Source: a virus (Duplodnaviria > Caudoviricetes). Taken from it: a stretch of DNA of 64,000 nt. The stretch spans positions 17,751 through 81,750 of IMG/VR virus record IMGVR_UViG_3300028048_000121; one strand, 5' to 3'. Below the pieces are notes generated by a model. The model saw only the letters and a program-made list of their open reading frames with translations. It was not told where the DNA came from and ran no database searches. The position numbers and the translations under genes were made by a program. Shown here one piece after another: positions 57,104-64,000 of this stretch (the first letter of the stretch is position 1; every line of letters begins with the position of its first letter).

Positions 57104-57379
57104 TTATTTATTTTTAGGTTTAGGTTTATCGTATGTCATTGCTAATTTACTATCAGTTAAGCCTTCTGTTGTTGGGTCATTGATTGCATTCCATACTGAG
57201 ACAGCGATTAAACCTAAAACATAAGGATTTTGCAATGCTTCAATAAGAACTTTTCCTAATATTGCCCAAGATGTTAAATCTTGAAATGTTAATCCAGCAT
57301 ATGCTAAAATTGGTGTTAAAATTGCAAGAATTAATTGAACAATAAAAACAGGATTTTTAAATCTTACTTTAAAATTCAT
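57104..57379 (-). CDS. Holin (phiLC3-like)
   Basis: N.KVRFKN start, two TM helices, DPTT.GL.DS; immediately upstream of the lysin. Confidence 0.85.
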   Translation of the reverse strand: MNFKVRFKNPVFIVQLILAILTPILAYAGLTFQDLTSWAILGKVLIEALQNPYVLGLIAVSVWNAINDPTTEGLTDSKLAMTYDKPKPKNK

Positions 57380-57460
57380 TTTATTACCTCCTTAGAATAT
57401 AAAAATAAGGAACTATTTTTATAATAGTTCCTTAAAAAATATAATATTTTTGTTCTTGTA

Positions 57461-57503
57461 TATATTATTAAAAATATAATTTAAAAATTATTTAACTTTG
57501 TCC
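57461..57503 (-). promoter_or_regulatory. Putative phage-specific promoter motif for the lysis cassette
   Basis: GGACAAAG..TAA..TTTTA at position 35. Confidence 0.55.
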
Positions 57504-57517
57504 AATTATTAAAATCA

Positions 57518-58183
57518 TTAATTATTTTTTATATTTCGAAATGATATTCTCTTATCAAAACCATGATTTTCTAATTTATCAATATCTGTAATTCCTATTG
57601 ATTCTGTTCTTTCTGAAGCAGTTTTTTCTAATGAAAAATACTCTTCAATAGATAAATAAATATCAACTGGGTTAACAATACTTGCAATTCCACAAGCCTT
57701 TAAAAGAGGAATATCTTTTTTAATTTTCTTAAAACCACCTCGGAAATCTTGCCATATTGTATGTGTATTAAGATTTTTCTTAATTTTATAATCATTAGTG
57801 TTAATTCTTTGAATAAAAGTATTTAATGTTTTTTCATTATAAGTGTTTTTCTTAATTTTGTAAATGAATGGAAAAGAAATTATGTCAAGTTTAATTAATT
57901 CTCTTTTTTTATTATAATTCTTCCAGGTGGTTAACAGTTCCATATTATAATTTATAGGTCTATTATAAATATTTTTTTCCGTAATTTTTAACAAAAATAG
58001 CCAAAAAGTATTACAAATTTGAAGTAAAAGATATTCACTATCATCATTTGTATCCCAAATGTTACTACAAATAAAATCTTTTGTTAATAAAAATGAATTT
58101 GTTCTGTCAAAAACTAAAGAATTATCATAATATATATTTTGAATATAATCATAAAAATCTGAATTTTTATCAATAATTCTCAT
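57518..58183 (-). CDS. Hypothetical protein
   Basis: MRII....DFYD start, KLENHGFDKRISFR end. Confidence 0.6.
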   Translation of the reverse strand: MRIIDKNSDFYDYIQNIYYDNSLVFDRTNSFLLTKDFICSNIWDTNDDSEYLLLQICNTFWLFLLKITEKNIYNRPINYNMELLTTWKNYNKKRELIKLDIISFPFIYKIKKNTYNEKTLNTFIQRINTNDYKIKKNLNTHTIWQDFRGGFKKIKKDIPLLKACGIASIVNPVDIYLSIEEYFSLEKTASERTESIGITDIDKLENHGFDKRISFRNIKNN

Positions 58184-58185
58184 TA

Positions 58186-58467
58186 TTATATAATTCCTTT
58201 CTTTTTTAAATTACCTCTAAAAATTCTATAGGGTTCCTTTCTATTACCTTCTTCATCAAAGTTATGATACTTTATTTCAAGTTGGAAATCTTCATAATTA
58301 TAATCACTATAAAAAGGACGAATTTCAACATGATTTTTTTCAGCCCCGCAATAGATGCAATATAATTTCTTTAAATGTCCAGGTTCTTTATATCGTCTAT
58401 TTCTTGGAATAGGTATTCCTTTCTTCTGACAGCATACGCAATACATTTCAGAAATTTCAGTTGTCAA
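58186..58467 (-). CDS. Zinc-ribbon (L33-like) protein
   Basis: C..C...R.....GHLKKLYCIYC....H.EIR. Confidence 0.55.
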   Translation of the reverse strand: MTTEISEMYCVCCQKKGIPIPRNRRYKEPGHLKKLYCIYCGAEKNHVEIRPFYSDYNYEDFQLEIKYHNFDEEGNRKEPYRIFRGNLKKKGII

Positions 58468-58484
58468 TATATTTCCTCCTTTAA

Positions 58485-58715
58485 TTATTTTTCAATTACA
58501 TTGATAATAATTTTAGGTTGACCACTATCTTCCATGCGAATAACAAAAATAGGTTCATCTTCGTCTTCTGGATTCATTCTTCCAATTTTATAGTTTACAA
58601 TAGTCCATGGAATTTCAAATACGCATCCTTCAAAAATAGGTTCCTTATCATCCATGCCCCAAATTATTACATTAGTTAGACTATCTACATATTTTATCCA
58701 ATTTTTAAGTTTCAT
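58485..58715 (-). CDS. Hypothetical protein
   Basis: Intact ORF with SD. Confidence 0.5.
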   Translation of the reverse strand: MKLKNWIKYVDSLTNVIIWGMDDKEPIFEGCVFEIPWTIVNYKIGRMNPEDEDEPIFVIRMEDSGQPKIIINVIEK

Positions 58716-58822
58716 AAATATATACTTCCTTTCTTTTATTTAATTTTTCTATATATATTATAACAAAAAATAAATAAAAAAACAAGGTAGTAAAAAATTA
58801 CTACCTTATATAAAATATAATA

Positions 58823-59026
58823 TTAATTATTTGTAAAATTATCTACAAATTCTTCAATAGCTAAAAGCATTTCAGTATCTTCGATATAGAAAATGTCCGT
58901 ATGATATTTAGTATAATACCAAGAAATAAAATTTAAAATAAACTGACCAAATCTCCAATCATAAAGTTTTTTATGGTTTTCTCTAAGCTTATCATAAAAA
59001 TCATAAAGTCTATTAATATCTCTCAT
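58823..59026 (-). CDS. Small hypothetical protein
   Basis: MRDINRL..DWRFGQ; SD AAGGAG. Confidence 0.55.
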   Translation of the reverse strand: MRDINRLYDFYDKLRENHKKLYDWRFGQFILNFISWYYTKYHTDIFYIEDTEMLLAIEEFVDNFTNN

Positions 59027-59037
59027 ATATTTACTCC

Positions 59038-59472
59038 TTACCAATTATTTTTAAATCTTGAGGGACATTTTTTATTAAAAAGTTCTATAATATTTTGTAT
59101 ATCTACCTCTTTTATTCCATTACATAAATATTTTTCCCAAAGATTATATAAACAAATTTCTAAATAATCATCATTCATTTTTTCTTTATAAATTTCATTA
59201 TGCGGGAGTTGCTTCCAGTCAGGTTTAAGACTGGTTATTTTATCCCATACTGAATTCATTGTGCGATAACTACGACGAGTCATTTCTTCACGCACTTCTG
59301 CCGCATAACTAATAAAATGATCATAATCATAATCTAAAACAAAATTAACTAAAATATGATTTGGAGTTCCATTCTTTTGGATAGCTCTTGCAATGGCTGA
59401 TAATTCTCTCCATTGAGCAATAAGTTGTTCTCTTGGAAGTACTGAAATAAAATCTTTATGCCACAATCTCAT
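59038..59472 (-). CDS. Pyrimidine-dimer DNA glycosylase (T4 endonuclease V-like)
   Basis: MRLWH...LPREQLIAQWREL, EM.RR.Y, NL.EK. Confidence 0.7.
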   Translation of the reverse strand: MRLWHKDFISVLPREQLIAQWRELSAIARAIQKNGTPNHILVNFVLDYDYDHFISYAAEVREEMTRRSYRTMNSVWDKITSLKPDWKQLPHNEIYKEKMNDDYLEICLYNLWEKYLCNGIKEVDIQNIIELFNKKCPSRFKNNW

Positions 59473-59477
59473 ATTAT

Positions 59478-59660
59478 TTATTCTCCTTTATGAGTCATTA
59501 TGAAAATAATAATTATAATAATAATTATAAAAATACTAATCCAAAGCGGCCATAAGACTACCCACCAACTCCATTCAATAAAACCAGTTAATTTTAAAAC
59601 AATATTTATTAGCAAAAGGGCATCAAAGAAACCAATTCCTCCATATGTACTCTGTTTCAT
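59478..59660 (-). CDS. Small two-TM membrane protein
   Basis: LKLTGFIEWSWWVVLWPLW motif. Confidence 0.65.
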   Translation of the reverse strand: MKQSTYGGIGFFDALLLINIVLKLTGFIEWSWWVVLWPLWISIFIIIIIIIIFIMTHKGE

Positions 59661-59676
59661 TTAAAAATCCTCCTTT

Positions 59677-60102
59677 TTAAAATAGATAGGCAATTGCCGC
59701 AATATATTTTTCTTTAAGTTTTTCTGTAAGAGTTTCTGTTTGTGTAAAATGATCATATATATCAGCAAGTTTTACAATATATGCTGGCATATATTCAGGA
59801 TTATTTTTTGCCATTAAATAAATTTTTTCAATATATTTATTATAGTCTTCATCCTTTTCTTTTGTTAAAAGAGAAAGATTTTTTTCAAATTTTTCATCAA
59901 ACTATACGTTTCTTTTAATATCTGTATCTTCATATAAATCATGTGCTAAACCAAGCTGATAAACAAAATAATAAATTTCATAAGATAGGTTAAAAAAATT
60001 TGTAATTTCTTTTGCTTTATTTGCTACTCTTTTTGCATGTTCAAATGTTTTTTCATCATAATATAAATTACATAATTCTAACATAGCATTATTTGTCATC
60101 AT
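59677..60102 (-). CDS. HD-domain hydrolase, SpoT/Mesh1-like (1 TAG)
   Basis: H..RVA, AHDLYEDT, LLTK, IVKLAD motifs. Confidence 0.7.
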
Positions 60103-60203
60103 AAAATTTTCTCCTTATATTTTTAAGGTTCTAAATATTTCTTCTATATATTTCTATAAAAATTATAACAAATTTTTAATAAATAATCAAGAAATTTTCA
60201 AAT

Positions 60204-60250
60204 GGTCGAGAAGAGATAATTAACAGATAAAATTTTTTATATATATTATA
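60204..60250 (+). promoter_or_regulatory. Putative phage-specific promoter motif upstream of tape measure
   Basis: Variant GGTCGAG..TAA..TTTTTTA. Confidence 0.45.
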
Positions 60251-60288
60251 TAGGATTCTTCAAAAATAAGAAAAGGAGATAAAAGGAT

Positions 60289-63200
60289 ATGGCAAATGAG
60301 ATTAGATATCAAGTTGGCTTTGATGTAAAACAAGGCGACTTGAGTAAATTAAAATCTTCATTACAATAGCTTCAAAAATTAAAAATAAGTGATGTAATGA
60401 AGATAAATAGTACAGATGCAGCATCTGCTACAACTATGCTTACTAAAATAAAAACATAGGCAAAAAATGTAGAAGATGCTTTAAAAAATGCTTTTAATGC
60501 CAAATTAAACACTGTAAATATATAGAGTTTTAACAGATCTTTAAGAACTTCTGGTACTACTATATAGCAAATTTATAAAGCATTTAGTTCTGCGGGGACG
60601 AGTGGAGAAAACGCATTTAGAAGTTTGTCATCTCAAGTTTTAAGTACAAATATCCAATTAAAAGAAACACATGGTTTGTTGGATAAGATGGCAACAACAC
60701 TTACTAATACTATTAAATGGAATGTTGCTTCTGGTGCTGTGAATAGTATGTCTCGTGCAGTTGAACAAGCTTGGGGATATACTAAATCATTAGACACTTC
60801 ATTAAATAATATTCGTATAGTTACTGGTAAATCTGCTGAAGAAATGGGTAATTTTGCGGTAAAAGCAAATGAAGCTGCTCAAAGTTTAGGCAAAACCACA
60901 ACAGATTATACCAATGCTGCATTAATTTATGCTCAGCAGGGTTTGTCTGATAAAGAAATATAGGAAAGAGCAAGAATTACTTTAATGACAGCTAATGTTA
61001 CTGGACAATCTACATCAGATGTTTCTGAGGAATTAACAGCTGTCTGGAATGGTTATAAAGTAAATGCAGAAGAGGCGGAACTTTATATTGATAGACTTGC
61101 TGCGGTTGCTGCTACAACAGCATCAGACCTTGAGGAATTAAGTACTGGTATGAGTAAGGTCGCAAGTGCGGCAGCCGCGATGGGAGTTGGTGAAGACCAA
61201 TTAGCTGCACAATTATCAACTATTATATCTGTTACCCGCCAAGCTCCAGAATCAGTTGGTACTGCGTTAAGAACTGTGTATGCTCGTATTTCTGATATTA
61301 AAGCTGGTATTGATGAGGATGGAGTTACTCTTGGCAATTATTCTGGCAAGATGGCAGAATTAGGATTTAATGTTCTTGATGCTGCGGGTAACCTTCGCGA
61401 TATGGGCGAGGTTATGGAAGAAATTGGCGGTCGTTGGCAAGATTTAACCAGAGAACAACAGATTTCTCTTGCACAAACAATGGCTGGTCAGAGACAGTAT
61501 TCTAATTTAATTGCCTTATTTGATAACTTTGAAAAATATAATGAAGCATTAAATACTGCTCAAAATGCGGCAGGTACTTTACAAAAACAGCAAGATATTT
61601 ATATGGAATCAACTGCTGCTCATTTACAAACATTAAAAGCTGCCGTTGAAAACATATACGATAGTTTAGCTGATACAGATAGTATTAACAGTATAGCTGA
61701 TGGACTTGCAGTTGCCGCAAACTTAACTGCTAATTTAATTGATAGTCTTGGTGGTGGTAGTGCTGTATTAAAATCACTTGGTGCTATTGGTGTTACTGTT
61801 TTTAGTGAACAAATAGCAAAAGGAATAAATACCACTATTACCAATTTAGAGATTGGTCGAGACAATGCTATACAGTTTGATCAGGCTCTTCAAGCTACAA
61901 AAGATTGGCAAGGAATTCCTAAATTAGATGAAACTAGTAAAAAATTATTAGAAAATAGAGAGCAATTATTAGAATTATCTAGACTTATGACACCAGAACA
62001 ATTTTCTGGTATGCAAAAAATATTAAATGATATTACAAACTTAGGTAATGAAATAAAAACAATATAGTCTAAAATTTAGCCACTATCAACTGTTTTAAAA
62101 GATTTTACAAATACTTCTTTAACTGATGTTTTAGGTAATAAAGAAGAAATTGATAATATAATTACAGAAATTGATAAACCTATTGATGATTTAGAAAAAT
62201 TACAATAGAAAATTGAAAATGTAAAAGAAACTTTTAGAGATTCTTTTAGTGAAGCACAGGTTTTATTTAATAAAAATAAAAATATTGATACTTTTGATGA
62301 TGTATTTGATGAAGCTCAAATTAAAGTTATTTCTTTCTTAGATACGTTACATGATTTAAAAGAAACTAATGCTTTTAAAGGTCTTTCTAAAGAAGCAAAA
62401 GAAGAGTTAGATAAAATTGATATTGAATGGGATGAATTACAGGATAAATTAAAAACAATGTCTTCTGCTGAAGATAAATCTCAAGCTTTTAAAGCATTTT
62501 TTGATAAAATATCTGATGCTGCCTCTACATCTACAGGAGAAATTAAAAGAAAATATGAAGAACTTTTAGGAGTTTTAAACGATCCAGCTATTGTTAATTC
62601 TCTTGAATAGAAACAACAAAAATTAGAAAAAATGATGAATAGTTTTGTTACTGGTCAAGAGAGAATGCAAAGAGCTGCTAATATTGAGAATTGGGCAAAG
62701 GCTGCTGGTGGTATTGCACAAGTTGGTTCTGCAATTCAGCAAATACAAAATCTTGGTAGTATTTGGAAAAATTCTGACTTATCTGGTGGTCAAAAATTAT
62801 TTCAAACTATTACTAATTTATCAATTTCATTACCTATATTAGCTAATGGTTTTACAAAAGCAACGGTTGCATTAGGATTAATGAAAGTTGCAACAACAGA
62901 AGAATAGATTGCGGCTATTAAAGCAACAACAACTGAAATAGCTCATGCAGGAGCCATTTCATTAGTAGAAACAGCTTCTGGTGCAGCAGCGGTAAAAGTT
63001 CAATTATTAAATAAGACTTTATTACTTAATCCTTTTATATTAGCGGCCGCTGCAGTAATGGGATTAGTAGCTGCATATGATAAATTTACAATGTCTGCAA
63101 AATAGGCAGAATAGGCATTGTCTAATTTTAATAATAAACAAGCCGAATTAACAAAAAATATTTCATCTACTCAAAATACTGTTCAAGATTTAGAATCTTT

Positions 63201-64000
63201 AAGAGAAGAATATAATTCTTTATCTAACATTGTTGGACAATATGATCAAAACATTGATGCTCTTTCTGATAAAGAAAAAGAAAGATGGGAACAAATTAAA
63301 CAAAAAATTGTTGATGTTAATCCAGATATTCTTGCTGCTTACGACGATCAACATCAAAGAATTATAATAAAAAATGACGCACTTGATCAAACTATTGAAA
63401 AATTGTAGAAAATAAATGATTTAGAATTAAAAGAATTTGTTAATGGAGATGATTTTACTAAAGCTATTGAGGCAAAGAGTGTAAAATCTGTAGACGCAAG
63501 GAAACAAGCTGAAGCATAGCAAAAATCTCTTGAAAATGATTTTGGTTCTACAATTAGCGGACAAAATTTTAGTATAATTGATCCAATTATACTAAATGCA
63601 ACTAAAGCATAGGATATTTCATAGTCTGAAATTCAAGAATTTACAACGCTTAGTACAAAAACAATTTAGAAATTAACAAAAGAGTAGAAAAAGAGATATA
63701 ATGAACTTTTAGATTTATTTGCCAATAGTAAAAATCAAGAATTAAGTTCTTTTGTTTCTGAATATAAAGATGATTTATTATAGTCTATAGATGAATATTT
63801 AGGGGCTTGGGATGCGGCAAATGGAAAATTAATTGCTGCTCAAGAAAAAGCCAAATAGGCATCTAATGGCGATCCTACAATGTTAGTAGAAACATTAATG
63901 CTTGGAAATGAAAATAAGGCTAATTATGAAAGATTAAAATAGGCTGGTGTATAGGATCTTGAAGCAAGATTAACCGCCTGGGCTGAAGGTCATAAAGAAG
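60289..64000 (+). CDS. Tail tape measure protein (partial; many TAG)
   Basis: One frame from ATG 60289 to the window end with only TAG interruptions; TP901-type core (IRIVTG, YAQQG, GTALRTVYARI, AGQRQ). Confidence 0.88.

Overview
A 64 kb AT-rich piece of a large tailed dsDNA phage, probably infecting an anaerobic Bacillota/Clostridia-like host (SigA-type promoters, AAGGAG SD sites, NrdDG, GH25/CHAP/SH3 lysin). The + strand at 1-19 kb holds packaging, head and tail genes. The - strand at 19-60 kb holds replication, nucleotide metabolism and lysis genes. A tape measure gene starts on + at 60.3 kb. The supplied ORF track is fragmented because TAG is a sense codon here: reading through TAG joins same-frame fragments into full genes that end in TAA/TGA, often with ATGA/TAATG coupling to the next gene. 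The main observation is that these TAGs sit mostly where Glu, not Gln, is expected, including the predicted catalytic Walker-B Glu of the terminase. This suggests TAG->Glu or ambiguous Glu/Gln decoding rather than the TAG->Gln (table 15) described for phages. Other elements are a group I intron in dnaB, about seven TAG-containing endonuclease genes, a fixed-spacing phage-specific promoter motif (8 copies), two copies of a promoter/terminator-bounded small structured RNA, a truncated primase remnant and an NCS2 nucleobase permease. No tRNA or release factor gene was recognised in the window. All homology calls come from remembered family motifs, not from searches. '*' in peptide quotes marks an in-frame TAG.
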